Below, one piece after another: positions 29,501 through 39,991 of a stretch of 64,000 nucleotides of DNA. Below the pieces are notes generated by a model. That model made no database searches. It had not been told where the DNA came from and saw only the letters and a list, made by a program, of their open reading frames with translations. This stretch comes from Limisphaerales bacterium (lineage in GTDB: Bacteria; Verrucomicrobiota; Verrucomicrobiia; Limisphaerales; JAJOIW01): the NCBI GenBank assembly GCA_965657355.1, contig CBFHOE010000004.1:143584-207583 (forward strand). Reading direction: 5' to 3'. The translations under genes were made by a program, and so were the position numbers. Positions within the stretch are counted from its first letter, which is position 1; every line of letters begins with the position of its first letter.

Positions 29501-31154
29501 GATTGCTCAATTCATAAATTAGTGGATTACGTATGAGCGAAGGATCAAAATTAAATGGTCCCCACAGTATCCAATCACTCTCGGATGGCATACCCAAAAG
29601 GCTGGCTGACTTATCTTTTTCATTTTCACCCCAGAGTTCCAGACTAAATGATGGTTTAGGTCGCCCAGCGGTGCTCGATCCTCTTACTCGGATTCCAGCG
29701 TTTGATGTATATTGTGGTGTGCTTGTAAGTTTTGTTTTGCCTGTTGCATCGGGCTCAAAAATTGAAAACGATGTCTTTAGCCATCCTGATTGGGGAAACG
29801 GATGGCGGCTCCCGAAAGTATCTAAATAAATGAGGGGGATGTCAGAGGAAAAGGATCTTACATCATTACTCAATTTTATAAATGTATGAGTAATGACAGG
29901 CCCTATAGCATCATCTTTAAATGATCTTGCCCGTATAGTGGTTGAGCCAGTCACCCTAATAGGTGAATTATATAGGGTGGAGCTCTCATTGGGAATTGAT
30001 CCATCCGTCGTGTATCTCATTGCGAATCCAACATCAGATTTAAGCTGCAGAGAAAAGTTTGAAATAAACGTTCCGCTCAGCTTGGAGAAAGTGACTTCCG
30101 GACCCAGGTTTTGAACGGTATTTCCATTACTTTCTCTAGGAGAAGGAAAATAAGAATAGCCATAGTTTCTCGAAGTGTCTCCTCCTGCGTACCCAATGAT
30201 TTTTGGTCGTATGAGAAGATCGGAGCTTGTTACCAAATTGTTTAAACCATGGATCGCTAAAATATTTTTACCCTCTTGCAGTTTGTCTTGGGAACTGGTG
30301 ATCACTATTTGTTCATCAACGATAGCAATATTATCTGGACGGTTTGTGGGTGCCCCTGAGTTCCATCGCAGCGGGGTAGGGGCATTCCGAGAAACTAAAA
30401 GCTGGCCATTTAAATATGCCACCATGCCATCTTCATATTGGATAGATAGAATCAATCTTTCGAAGCTTGGTATATTATCTACATTGAAAGGAATTCTTAT
30501 GTAGACGGATTCATTTTGGTTTCTCATTTGTCTCACATCCAGACCGATTCGGCCAGGGTAATCATAGCCTACTCCTGTCCTTCCAGATTTCCATGATGTG
30601 TCATCAAAATCGAGCTTCGTCCAGTCCAGGGACAAGTTTCCGTCGGTTGGTATGAGAGCCTTTGCGGGGCTGTTGTCTTTGAGTAGGATGATTTCATCTC
30701 CCGGTGACTCATTTCGTGCAAAGGATATATCTGGCTTTTGGGGTGGGTAAGCTGGCGAGAATTCCGTTGCAATCTCTCCGTTTGGTTGAACAAGCGCCAG
30801 ATATTCACCCTCTGAACTAAGTCGGAAATTCGTATGTAGTGGTTGGTTTGGAAATTTTCTATCCCGGCCGGATGCATAAATAAGCATTCTCTGACCCGAA
30901 GATATGATGAAGCTTGGAAATTGCCAGGTTACCCTTGGAAAGTCTCCACTCTCTAATTTCCAATTCCTCAGATTTACATTTTTTGTTGATTGATTATATA
31001 TTTCAATCCAGTCAGATCGATTGCCTTGATCGTCTTTAGGAAGGGATTCATTAGTTGCTAAAATCTCTGAGATAATGACATCCTGAGCAGAACTCCGCAC
31101 CACTGACATTACAACAATAGATAGAGCTAAGTATAAAAGAGACCTTAAGGGCAT
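26556..31154 (-). CDS. Large exported protein: lamin-tail domains + CotH kinase domain + chitobiase/FN3-like domains
   Basis: Repeated IxE(I/V)...(D/E)xIE(I/L)xN lamin-tail motifs (4 copies) and two YTTDGS domains. CotH motifs DPSLIRN, YFGVYALMEKI and PIWDFDRSMG. Ends in RFYRVRIF. Confidence 0.85.
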   Translation of the reverse strand: MPLRSLLYLALSIVVMSVVRSSAQDVIISEILATNESLPKDDQGNRSDWIEIYNQSTKNVNLRNWKLESGDFPRVTWQFPSFIISSGQRMLIYASGRDRKFPNQPLHTNFRLSSEGEYLALVQPNGEIATEFSPAYPPQKPDISFARNESPGDEIILLKDNSPAKALIPTDGNLSLDWTKLDFDDTSWKSGRTGVGYDYPGRIGLDVRQMRNQNESVYIRIPFNVDNIPSFERLILSIQYEDGMVAYLNGQLLVSRNAPTPLRWNSGAPTNRPDNIAIVDEQIVITSSQDKLQEGKNILAIHGLNNLVTSSDLLIRPKIIGYAGGDTSRNYGYSYFPSPRESNGNTVQNLGPEVTFSKLSGTFISNFSLQLKSDVGFAMRYTTDGSIPNESSTLYNSPIRVTGSTTIRARSFKDDAIGPVITHTFIKLSNDVRSFSSDIPLIYLDTFGSRHPFPQSGWLKTSFSIFEPDATGKTKLTSTPQYTSNAGIRVRGSSTAGRPKPSFSLELWGENEKDKSASLLGMPSESDWILWGPFNFDPSLIRNPLIYELSNQIGSYAVRTRFVEVFINQDRDNLEMSDYFGVYALMEKISRDDDRVDIEKLFPEHKSEPEISGGYIFKIDRTDPGDSGFSAPGQRVLYVEPKEIEMEKPENASKRTWVRNFFNEMVRSTTNRNRPVPKYHEYIDVEAWIDHHLLNVLAFNVDALRLSTYMSLPRGGKLKFGPIWDFDRSMGSTDSRDDDPFRWRSNRGDRGTDFFNYPWWRDLFRDLEFWQAYIDRWQVLNDGELSLTNITKVIDSMAGQLRGAAIRNESRWGRFRGTYNSEIRTLKSWYANRISFINSQFLARPQSNIESGTVTAGTQIKLSSEEGGSIYYTTDGSDPRKIGGSVAGAAIRYTAPITVNETVKIRTRVFKTTHKNLTGSNNPPVSSNWSGITDIRLSVDRPPTFGEIIITEINYHPSQPSESEISEMPNIQDNDFEFIELFNSSGQRLDLNEIKFTDGIDFDFANSSPGYIGPGKRLLLVKNKQAFLLRYGNNLEPSVAGEYLKSLSNGGEKLEAVNKSDQSVVLVAEYDDRWYPLTDGLGFSLVNTNPDNAEPIDIDYWSSSGSIYGSPGIDNGPPEASPNIVINEVLLHSDPPLMDMIEIINADEVAIDIGGWVVSDDLRRPNKFRIPEDTILGSGELYVISENQFNPTNSDETLEPFSLNATGDEIFIFSQDENSILTGYANGKNFPGSKSGESFGRFVNSEGSVIYHPLNKMTFGEIEAAPRIGPVIISEIMYTPPTNDDSANTEDEFVELTNFSNDRVALYNVNFPELTWRVRGGIDFDFPKDLWIDPGESLLLVKFDPTANQSKLDSFRTIFNIPNSISVLGPFKGQLNNAGDKIVVKAAEDPQPNHSSEANAVPYYIVDEVTYRSEEPWPIGLSDNGLSMHRLSGGKIGTEPTNWKGKIPSPGYYKKGVPRVAGRLNTNGIFELEFKALPDTQYQIEARESLTSGEWKVLRTIEASSTENQILFQDNTSPLPEGDSRFYRVRIF

Positions 31155-31236
31155 ACCTTAATATACGACAAGTTGTATCAAATTGCTTGAAATAATAATT
31201 TCTTCTTGAGTTAGGCTATAGTCGGAACAATGAAGA

Positions 31237-32301
31237 TTAGTAGTTTATGCTCACCTTTTTGCTGCCTTTATTAATCCGTCCAATAATATGGCAGGCAAAG
31301 CCATTACGCTTAATAGTTGCTGCAATTTTCTTGCTATGCTTCGGTGCCACTATGCAAGTAAGTCCTATGCCCATGTTGAATACATGGAACATTTCCTCAT
31401 TGGAGATTTTTCCATGCTCTTGTATGAGCTGGAAAATAGGCTGGGGAGTCCAAGCATGAGAGTCTACCAACGCATCGAGATTTTCCGGTAAATTTCTTGG
31501 GATGTTGTCGTAAAAGCCTCCACCGGTAATGTGAGCCATCGCCTTGATGCCAGAAGGAGCTTTGGGTTTGTTGTAAGTCTTCAAGAGCTTTGCTATGAGC
31601 TGCCCATAACTGCGATGAATTCTAAGTAGCTCTTGGCCAATAGTTTTTTTGCCTAGACTGCTTACTTTACTTGAAATCTTTAACCCCATTTTATCAAACA
31701 AGACATTTCTCGCCAGAGAGTATCCATTAGTATGAAGGCCATTAGACTCAATCCCTATAATCAAATCCCCTTCCTTTACCTTTGATCCGTCTAAAATTTT
31801 CTTTTTATCGACGATACCTACGATAGTTCCGCTGACATCATATTCACCCTTCTGATAGAATCCTGGCATCTGCGCCGTCTCTCCGCCTAGTAGTGAACAG
31901 TTGTTTTCGGCGCAGGCAATCGCAAAGCCTCTCAGGATATCTTGAAAGACCTTTGGTGTTAGTTTTCCAGTTCCAAGGTAATCGAGAAAAAACAAAGCCT
32001 CAGCCCCGAGTATGGCGATATCATTCACACAATGGTTGACCAGGTCTTGGCCAATGGTGAAATGTTTTTTTGTCATAAATGCAACTTTGAGCTTTGTGCC
32101 AACACCATCCGCGCTTGAGACTAAAACAGGCTGCTTGTAATTTTTAGTGTTTAGAGCAAATAGCCCACCAAACCCACCGACTTCTCCTAAGACTTCAGGT
32201 CTTTTAGTCGATTCCAAAAGAGATGGTAAAGATTCTTTGATCCTGTTACCTAGCTCAATATCAACTCCAGATTTTGCGTATGCAGATGACTTGTTTCCCA
32301 T
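31237..32301 (-). CDS. purM: Phosphoribosylformylglycinamidine cyclo-ligase
   Basis: YAKSGVD, DGVGTKL, GGETAQMPG, HTNGYSL, AHITGGG and FNMGIG. Confidence 0.97.
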   Translation of the reverse strand: MGNKSSAYAKSGVDIELGNRIKESLPSLLESTKRPEVLGEVGGFGGLFALNTKNYKQPVLVSSADGVGTKLKVAFMTKKHFTIGQDLVNHCVNDIAILGAEALFFLDYLGTGKLTPKVFQDILRGFAIACAENNCSLLGGETAQMPGFYQKGEYDVSGTIVGIVDKKKILDGSKVKEGDLIIGIESNGLHTNGYSLARNVLFDKMGLKISSKVSSLGKKTIGQELLRIHRSYGQLIAKLLKTYNKPKAPSGIKAMAHITGGGFYDNIPRNLPENLDALVDSHAWTPQPIFQLIQEHGKISNEEMFHVFNMGIGLTCIVAPKHSKKIAATIKRNGFACHIIGRINKGSKKVSINY

Positions 32302-32434
32302 AAATTTAGACCATTATCCGTGGGATAATAAAATTTTTGAAGTCTTTTGTGCTTGTGTCTTTAAATGGTTTATTTCCGGGTCAGGTGGTCAGTTTCTCAT
32401 GGACACATAAGACTGGTATATCAAAACATCCGGC

Positions 32435-35400
32435 TCAGGCGCGTGTTGGGAATTTTGCTCGTTCTAGAGCTTGATAAAGGTCGTCAAACTTCATGGGCTT
32501 CGAAATATAATCATCCATCCCTGATTGCAGGCACTTCTCCCTATCTCCCTCTAGTGAGTGGGCTGTTAAAGCTATAATCCAAGGTTGACCCTCAAGTAGT
32601 TCCATTTTGCGGATTTCTTGAGTTGCTTGGTAGCCATCCATTTCTGGCATTTGGCAATCTGTTAACACGATATCAAAGCATTCTTTCTTAAATTGATCCA
32701 GTAATTCGGCTCCGTTTTTCACCAAAACTGTTTGAAGTCCCATCTTTTTTAAATAGCGTTTGACTAATGCCGCATTCACCAAATTGTCTTCAGCCGTAAT
32801 AATTTTCGTTTTTGGAGGAATTGGTGAGCTCTCTAAAGGCTCAGAAATTTGAGGCCTACTAGCTTCTCTCGGATTCGCGTCGTCAGTCTGGGCGTTTGAA
32901 TTGGTAGCAGAATCCTCGCCAGCATAGAGGTCAGACATTTGAAACGGGGTAAAGAGGACGTGATCCGAATCAAGTTCTTTTACTTCATCGTAATAGGAGG
33001 AGTCTGTCGCTAAAACAACGCCTATTTTATTTTTGCCTTTGCGAATAGTTTCTATTGTTGATTTAAATTCTTCCTTATCCGATGGATTAAAGCACAGCAT
33101 TGCAGCTGCATTTGTTAAGACTTCGTTTTTATCGACCATTATGAAATCACTCACAGATTTAAATTTGTGGATTTTAATTTTTTGGCGGATCAATCCTGAT
33201 GCATAATCCCAGTCGGTTGGACAAAATGCCTCAAACATAATGAGATTATCCTGTTTGATTTTCTTTTTATGCGGGACTTTAGGTGTGAGAACATTGGTCA
33301 ATTTAACCGAAAACTGGCAGTTCGTTCCTTGACCTAATGTGCTTTTCAGAGAGATTTCACCACCCATTATTTCAACGAGTCTTTTACAGATAATCAAACC
33401 AAGGCCTGTCCCACCTTTTTGGCGAGTCATTGAGTCATCAGCTTGCTGGAAAGGCTGGAAAAGATGAGGCAACTCATTCTCATGAATGCCGATTCCTGTA
33501 TCCTCTATCTCAAATTTTAAGATAACTTCTTTTCCAGAAACTTTCTCAACATCACATATAATTTTAATGGAGCCCTTCTCGGTAAATTTAATAGCATTCG
33601 TGATGATATTTAAAAGAACTTGAATTATTCGGGTTTCGTCCCCGTATAGGACTAACGGCACATCTTTACCCACTTTTGAATATAAACGGAGATTCTTTTC
33701 TTTCAGATCATATCTGGTCATTGAGATGACTTCATCGATGACATTCTGAATATCGAATTCATTCAAACGAAGTTCCATCTTCCCTGCCTCGATCTTTGAA
33801 AAATCTAAAATGTCATTGATAACTCTCAGTAGGCTTTTTGAGCAATCCTGTATGGTTGCAGCACATTTTCTATTCTCGCTATCCAATTGCGATTTGAGCA
33901 AAAGGTCTGCCATACCTACAACACCGTTCATTGGTGTTCTTAGTTCATGAGACATGTTCGCCAGAAATTGACTTTTCGCCTTATTTGCCGATTCCGCCAA
34001 ATTCCGGAGTTGCTCCTCTTTCTGCAGCGTTTCTTTTAAGCGTGATGTTTGCCTTTCCACTTGGGATTGCAGTGTGTTTACCCAAACTGTAGCTAGTATA
34101 ATCAGCGCTGCGATGGTAATTATGATTGAGGGCCCCAAACTGCCCAGAGCACTTTTATACCTGCTTATGACACCGATGTCTGTAGCATTGTCTACCAGAA
34201 TAATAGGTAAACTTTTTTCTCCACTATCGTCGATTGGGCTTGATATATCCGATGCAATCCCAATTAAACTAATCAGCGAGGCATCGGTAAGACTTAATTC
34301 ATCTATCCTTTCATTGTAATCCTCAACTTCGACCAAATAATTATGATCCGCGATTTGTATTTTGAAACGAGCTCTACCCTCGTCCATTTGGAGGGAATCC
34401 TTGACCATGGATCCTGAGATGTTGTATCTGGCTAATGGTTCTAATGTTTCCTTGCCAATAATTTCGTTCATTCCAATTGGTGGGTAGGGAATCCTTGCAT
34501 TGGAAAAGTTAATCTTGAAGATCTGACTAAATATTTTCTCATTGATTTCATTGTAATAATATCTGACATCATCCCCCTTTTTGTATGGGAAAACTGTATT
34601 GGTAAAGACTTTGATTCGCTTACCTATTTCTTCTAATACGACATATTCATTGCCGACAAACGTCACGATGCCAGTTCCCTCTTGTGACATAAAGCTGCCC
34701 CTCGCAGGACCTTCACGATTTGCCTCATTAATCATGAGATCCAAGTCCAACTCTTTTCCATTCTTGGTCAATTCTAATTGATCAAGTGAAAGTGCATTAA
34801 GTTGAAGCGGGTAGGGAGGCAATAGGTGGTCCGAAAAGTAAATACCTAAATTCCCAATGGCTTTGGCGCTCGATCCGATTAATAATTCGGAAAATCGCAG
34901 AGGGATTATTGATTTTAAATAAACCGAGATGGTATTTGGGGTTCCTTTTTGCCGACCGTGTAAAACAGTGCCATCAGGCTTGATTGTTACCCCTTCGACA
35001 ACCATATCAGTTTTAATTAATGCACAATCATGGGCGATTATATCGATGTCTCCAACATTAATATCCAATGGAGTGAGGGGCGATTGAGACGACTTGATTT
35101 TAACGCTTTCTGGCCTCAGGACTGGCAAAAAATCCCCTGGAACGATTTTTGTTGTTAATATTAACTCATCACCAGTTTTTATTTCTCCCATTTTATTATA
35201 GCCACCAACAAAAATGCCTTCCCAACCGTCAATAAGAAAAAAATATTTATACGTTTCATGCACGAAACCGACTGTCCCACCAATTTGGTATGTCGCTTCA
35301 TAATCTAATCCAAGCCCTGCTTTGAGTTCGGATATTTTTAATTTGTTTAAACTTTGTTCGTTTTTGGAATCGTCGTTGCTCGCAGAATCCCCAATATCGA

Positions 35401-35494
35401 GAAACTGACCAATCGAATCGGGCAACGCAGCACACAGCAAAAAGAAAGAAATGAACTGTGCTACTAAACTTGATCTAGTTTTGCTTAATCGCAT
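32435..35494 (-). CDS. Hybrid sensor histidine kinase/response regulator with large periplasmic domain
   Basis: Signal peptide, about 420-aa extracytoplasmic region and a TM helix. H-box [17 protein letters not shown] boxes (NAIKFT, DTGIG, GGTGLGL) and a C-terminal REC domain ([15 protein letters not shown]). Confidence 0.92.
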   Translation of the reverse strand: MRLSKTRSSLVAQFISFFLLCAALPDSIGQFLDIGDSASNDDSKNEQSLNKLKISELKAGLGLDYEATYQIGGTVGFVHETYKYFFLIDGWEGIFVGGYNKMGEIKTGDELILTTKIVPGDFLPVLRPESVKIKSSQSPLTPLDINVGDIDIIAHDCALIKTDMVVEGVTIKPDGTVLHGRQKGTPNTISVYLKSIIPLRFSELLIGSSAKAIGNLGIYFSDHLLPPYPLQLNALSLDQLELTKNGKELDLDLMINEANREGPARGSFMSQEGTGIVTFVGNEYVVLEEIGKRIKVFTNTVFPYKKGDDVRYYYNEINEKIFSQIFKINFSNARIPYPPIGMNEIIGKETLEPLARYNISGSMVKDSLQMDEGRARFKIQIADHNYLVEVEDYNERIDELSLTDASLISLIGIASDISSPIDDSGEKSLPIILVDNATDIGVISRYKSALGSLGPSIIITIAALIILATVWVNTLQSQVERQTSRLKETLQKEEQLRNLAESANKAKSQFLANMSHELRTPMNGVVGMADLLLKSQLDSENRKCAATIQDCSKSLLRVINDILDFSKIEAGKMELRLNEFDIQNVIDEVISMTRYDLKEKNLRLYSKVGKDVPLVLYGDETRIIQVLLNIITNAIKFTEKGSIKIICDVEKVSGKEVILKFEIEDTGIGIHENELPHLFQPFQQADDSMTRQKGGTGLGLIICKRLVEIMGGEISLKSTLGQGTNCQFSVKLTNVLTPKVPHKKKIKQDNLIMFEAFCPTDWDYASGLIRQKIKIHKFKSVSDFIMVDKNEVLTNAAAMLCFNPSDKEEFKSTIETIRKGKNKIGVVLATDSSYYDEVKELDSDHVLFTPFQMSDLYAGEDSATNSNAQTDDANPREASRPQISEPLESSPIPPKTKIITAEDNLVNAALVKRYLKKMGLQTVLVKNGAELLDQFKKECFDIVLTDCQMPEMDGYQATQEIRKMELLEGQPWIIALTAHSLEGDREKCLQSGMDDYISKPMKFDDLYQALERAKFPTRA

Positions 35495-35713
35495 TATCTA
35501 TCGCTAACCCTAGTAAATATTGATAATGTTAGGAAGTTTTAACTTCAGGGTTTATCCATAACATCGAAATAAGTCGGAATCCAAAAACGAAATATTGTTT
35601 CCGCAAAAAATTTGTGGTCTGGACAACTTTCACTTATCAGTAATTTAAACTTTAAAATATAGTTAAAAAAAGCTGCAAAACTTTTTAATACTATTTATTA
35701 TTACGCATTACCT

Positions 35714-38700
35714 ATGAATTATTCTTTAACTAAAAATCGCTACGATTGCATATTTCACGGGCCTATTTGGACTTTGATCATCGCGATACTCACCTTGGGC
35801 ATTCCTTTTGACTCAGTTCGGGCTCAAACCGGAGCCAAGTGGATTTGGTCAACCAACAAAGATGAGGCACTCCCAAACGAGACCGTTTACTTTACAAGAT
35901 CCTTCGATCTCAAAGATAAAGTCAAATCGGCTCAGCTTTACATCTCATGCGATAATACTTTTACAGCATGGATCAATGGTCAAAAAGTGGCCCAAGGAGC
36001 GGATTGGAATAACCCGGTCTCCGTGAATGTGTCAAAGTTTATGAAGGCCAATGGATCCCAGTTACTGTCCATAAAAGGCGGGAATGATAACGGCAACACT
36101 GCAGGCCTGCTCGTCGACCTTCGGGTGTCGCTTAAAAATGGGAAAATACTTGCCATAAAGTCTGATGGACAATGGAAATGGTCTAGAAAAGTTTCAAAGG
36201 GGTGGAATAAACCAGGATTTAATTCAAAAAACTGGGCAAATGCCAATGTCAGTGGGGCGTATGGTATTTCTCCTTGGGGAAAAATCGGATCAGGTTCAAA
36301 GCCATCAGCGCCTGATAACAAAAAAATATCCTCAGGACTGGAAATTGCCAAAGGGTTCAAAATTGATAAAATATACGATGTTCCCAAGTCGAATCAGGGA
36401 TCGTGGGTCGCATTAACGATCGGACCAGACGGAAAACTTTTGGCAAGTGACCAAGGAGGAATGGGGCTTTTTGAGATTGATGTGGATAGCGATGGAAATC
36501 TCAAATCTGTTGAAAAATTGCCAATCGACATTTCGGGAGCTCAAGGTATGACATGGGCCTTTGATAGTCTTTACGCGCATGTCAACGGTAAAGGGTTATA
36601 CCGGGCATTCGACAAAGATAATGACGGTCAGCTCGATTCAGTCGAAATGCTTCAGGGTCCCAATGGCGGTGGAGAGCATGGAAACCATGCCGTGATACTC
36701 ACTGAAGACAAACAAGACCTTTACGTCGTCGCTGGAAACCACACAAGCGTTCCCAAATTCATAAAGAAATCGAGGATTGATATGGACTGGAAAGAAGATC
36801 TTTTGCTGCCACGGCAATGGGATGCACGTGGCCATGCACGTGGTCGACTCGCACCGGGTGGTTGGATTGCTCGAATCAATGAGGAAGCCAACGATTGGGA
36901 AATTGTCAGCATTGGTTACAGAAATCAGTATGACGTCGCCATAAATAGGCATGGTGATATGTTTACTTACGATGCTGATATGGAATGGGATATGGGATCA
37001 CCTTGGTATCGCCCAACTAGAATTTGCCATGTGACATCTGGGAGTGAATTTGGTTGGAGGAGTGGCACCGGAAAATGGCCTTCATATTTTGAAGATTCTC
37101 TTCCATCAACTGTTGACATTGGCCCAGGGTGTCCAACTGGTGTGGTATTTGGCACCGGCGCTAAGTTTCCCGCTAAATATCAAGATGCGCTTTATGTCCT
37201 GGACTGGACTTTTGGTACCGTTTACGCAACGCATCTTATTCCTGACGGATCGAGTTACAAGGCGACGACAGAGGAATTTATCACGGGAAGCCCTTTTCCT
37301 GTAACGGACGCCATAGTCGGGCACGATGGTGCTCTTTACATCACTGTTGGTGGTAGAGGTACCCAATCAGCTTTGTATAGAGTCACCTACACAGGTCCCG
37401 AGTCGACTGCTCCAGCAACGGGAGGACTCGACGAAAAGACTCGTTTGGCAAGGAGTAAAAGATTGCGATTGGAGCAATGGCACAGACCAGACGCGCCTCC
37501 CGCTGTCAAATACATCTGGCCAGAACTATCTTCCAGTGATCGTTTTATTAGATATGCCGCAAGAGTGGCTCTTGAGCACCAGCCTGTTGACAGCTGGAAA
37601 GAAAAGGCGTTTTCATCCAAAAATATCCAAGCGGTTATCTCTTCAATTATTGCATGGGCACGTCAGGGCGATACAAGCGACTATCATAGAGCTCTCAAAT
37701 CACTACTCACCATAGATTTAAATGATTGCGACAAAGGCCAAATTTTAGGTCTTTTGAGAGCTTATTCATTGTGTTTCATAAGGCATGGAGAGCCTTCCCC
37801 CGAACTCAAAAATGCCATCATCAATCATTTACACCATATTGATACTGAAAATGATAGAGACCTACAATCGGAGTGGGTGCGATTAAACGTTTATCTTGAT
37901 GGCCCGGATGTCGTGGAAAAAGCCCTCGCATTTATTAATGATGATAAAAAGGAAAGGATACCTTCTTGGGGTGGCTTGATTGCTCGAAATGCTCGTTATG
38001 GCGGGACCATATCTCAGATGCTTTCGAATATGCCCCCAGCAAGTAAGATATACATAGCGTTCCATTTAAGAAACGTTGAGTTCGGATGGACGGTCGAACA
38101 AAGGAAACAGTATTTTGATTTTCTTTCCACGGCATCAACCCATAGTGGCGGTGCTAGTTACAGGGGCTTTATCGATAATATTCGCAAAGATGCATTGGCG
38201 AAATGCTCAGATTCCGAGCTGGCCGCTTTGAAAGATCTCAACAGTGGTCAATCGACGCAAATAGCCGTTTTCAAATCGACCCCGCCCAAAGGGCCAGGCC
38301 GAAACTGGACGGTAGACGCTGCCGTTTCCGCAGTTAATGCCTCAGGCTCCAAGCCAGATTTTGATTCAGGTAGAAATCTTTTCCACGCCACTGCTTGTTC
38401 GGCTTGTCACTTGTTCGCTGGTGAGGGTGGCGCCATAGGCCCTGACCTTTCGTCTGTCAGAAATAAGTTCTCGGTCCATGACTTGGTCGAGAGTATTGTT
38501 GAGCCTAGTAAAGTCATATCAGATCAATACGGTTCTTCCATAGTGAATACAAAATCTGGTCAGGCTTTGCAGGGGAGAGTCATCTCTCGCATGGGCGATG
38601 ACAACCAAGTGGATAGATACGAAGTCTATTCTGCTGATCCTGAAGCAAAGCCTGTTGTTGTGAAAGCCTCAGACGTCAGATCAGTCAAAGAGTCGCCAGT

Positions 38701-38809
38701 TTCCCAAATGCCGCCTGGTCTCATGAATTCGCTTAATCCATCTGAAGTTAAAGACCTTGTGGCTTATCTTCTTTCAAGAGGGAATAAAAATGATCCTATT
38801 TATCAATAG
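35714..38809 (+). CDS. PVC-type heme-c binding protein (beta-sandwich + beta-propeller + HEAT-like + cytochrome c domain)
   Basis: Signal peptide and an N-terminal glycosidase-associated beta-sandwich (AKWIW...CDN...WING). GxRNxY...YDADMEWD propeller, then CSACH, GPDLS and SQMPPGL...DLVAYL. Confidence 0.85.
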   Translation: MNYSLTKNRYDCIFHGPIWTLIIAILTLGIPFDSVRAQTGAKWIWSTNKDEALPNETVYFTRSFDLKDKVKSAQLYISCDNTFTAWINGQKVAQGADWNNPVSVNVSKFMKANGSQLLSIKGGNDNGNTAGLLVDLRVSLKNGKILAIKSDGQWKWSRKVSKGWNKPGFNSKNWANANVSGAYGISPWGKIGSGSKPSAPDNKKISSGLEIAKGFKIDKIYDVPKSNQGSWVALTIGPDGKLLASDQGGMGLFEIDVDSDGNLKSVEKLPIDISGAQGMTWAFDSLYAHVNGKGLYRAFDKDNDGQLDSVEMLQGPNGGGEHGNHAVILTEDKQDLYVVAGNHTSVPKFIKKSRIDMDWKEDLLLPRQWDARGHARGRLAPGGWIARINEEANDWEIVSIGYRNQYDVAINRHGDMFTYDADMEWDMGSPWYRPTRICHVTSGSEFGWRSGTGKWPSYFEDSLPSTVDIGPGCPTGVVFGTGAKFPAKYQDALYVLDWTFGTVYATHLIPDGSSYKATTEEFITGSPFPVTDAIVGHDGALYITVGGRGTQSALYRVTYTGPESTAPATGGLDEKTRLARSKRLRLEQWHRPDAPPAVKYIWPELSSSDRFIRYAARVALEHQPVDSWKEKAFSSKNIQAVISSIIAWARQGDTSDYHRALKSLLTIDLNDCDKGQILGLLRAYSLCFIRHGEPSPELKNAIINHLHHIDTENDRDLQSEWVRLNVYLDGPDVVEKALAFINDDKKERIPSWGGLIARNARYGGTISQMLSNMPPASKIYIAFHLRNVEFGWTVEQRKQYFDFLSTASTHSGGASYRGFIDNIRKDALAKCSDSELAALKDLNSGQSTQIAVFKSTPPKGPGRNWTVDAAVSAVNASGSKPDFDSGRNLFHATACSACHLFAGEGGAIGPDLSSVRNKFSVHDLVESIVEPSKVISDQYGSSIVNTKSGQALQGRVISRMGDDNQVDRYEVYSADPEAKPVVVKASDVRSVKESPVSQMPPGLMNSLNPSEVKDLVAYLLSRGNKNDPIYQ

Positions 38810-38841
38810 TCATTCGGCCATTTAGATTAATTCCAAAAAAC

Positions 38842-38876
38842 AAAAAAAGGCGTCCTGCGGTGGGCGCCTTTTTTTT
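38842..38876. terminator. Bidirectional rho-independent terminator
   Basis: aaaaaaaggcgtcc-tgcggt-gggcgcctttttttt between convergent genes. Confidence 0.8.
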
Positions 38877-39807
38877 AAGAAATGTAAATTACAGCCAACG
38901 CCCACGAAGCCCATACTATAATTAGAAAAATAATAAGTGACATTATGTTGACTAGATTTTGATAACCATTTCCTCTGGCTAACGATTTTTCGAGAAAGAA
39001 ACTCAAAACAATCCCTAATAGCAATCCGGCAAGGTGAGCGACCCAATTGGAGGCGGGGTTCAATCCCATCAAGCCAAACAATGAAACGACACCGATTACG
39101 GATCGATGCTTTCGAAATAAGGATATAAGCTGCTTTGAATTTGGCCCCAAATTTGTTGCTTTAGCAGATGCCATAAGACCCAACGAGCCAAATATCATTC
39201 CTGAAGCACCGAGAGACGTCCAGTTATGCTGAGAGGAAAATTTATACATGCAGTAAACACAATTGGCACCAATCCCAGACAAAAGAGAAAAAAGGAGGCC
39301 AATCCCTGTTCCATGCCTCCAACAAGCTAATGAGATAAATACGAAGCCAAAGATTAAGTTTAATGATAAATGCTGTAAATCTCCGTGCAGGCATATTGAC
39401 GTGATGAGCCTAAAATATTGGGCCTCATTAATTGTGGCTGTGTTTAATATGCCAAGTCGATTCAATTGAAAATCATCCGCGGGGGAGACGACGAATAAAA
39501 ATGCCAAAAATGCAAGCCAACCTAAAACGATCCCGTTCATGAAAATTTTCAGTGAAATTGACCCCTCTAGCCCCGATTGATCTGAAATATTGCTCAGTTC
39601 AGTCTTCTGCTCCAATTTCAGGAGACTCAAAAGGTGTAAGCTTTTTCTCTCATCTGTTTGACAGACAATCACACCCCATTTCCTTTCACGCTCGACAAAA
39701 TTGGGTATGCAATCAATCCCGTAAGAAAATAATGTCAGAGCCAGGTCCATACATTCCTTTTTCCCCGAGGTCGTGATGAATGTCATATCTGAGGAATTAT
39801 CTATCAT
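38875..39807 (-). CDS. Rhomboid family intramembrane serine protease
   Basis: RLITSICLH...HLSLN, GASG (catalytic Ser) and AHLAG (catalytic His). Confidence 0.88.
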   Translation of the reverse strand: MIDNSSDMTFITTSGKKECMDLALTLFSYGIDCIPNFVERERKWGVIVCQTDERKSLHLLSLLKLEQKTELSNISDQSGLEGSISLKIFMNGIVLGWLAFLAFLFVVSPADDFQLNRLGILNTATINEAQYFRLITSICLHGDLQHLSLNLIFGFVFISLACWRHGTGIGLLFSLLSGIGANCVYCMYKFSSQHNWTSLGASGMIFGSLGLMASAKATNLGPNSKQLISLFRKHRSVIGVVSLFGLMGLNPASNWVAHLAGLLLGIVLSFFLEKSLARGNGYQNLVNIMSLIIFLIIVWASWALAVIYIS

Positions 39808-39991
39808 TTAGTGAATAAAAAACGGGAGGCGAATTCCGGTTTGCCATTTCATCATTTGACAATTGTAAGAGAATTCTGGTCACAATGGTTCTGATCGGAT
39901 AGAAATATCCATCTATAAAAAAAATGGACTCGAGCTGGTTATCAAGAATCGTTCATATTTTAATAATAACCAGTTCATTATCTAATAAAAA

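Noticed and set aside
39808..39991. T-box leader upstream of alaS
   Set aside because: No T-box consensus or terminator/antiterminator could be identified.
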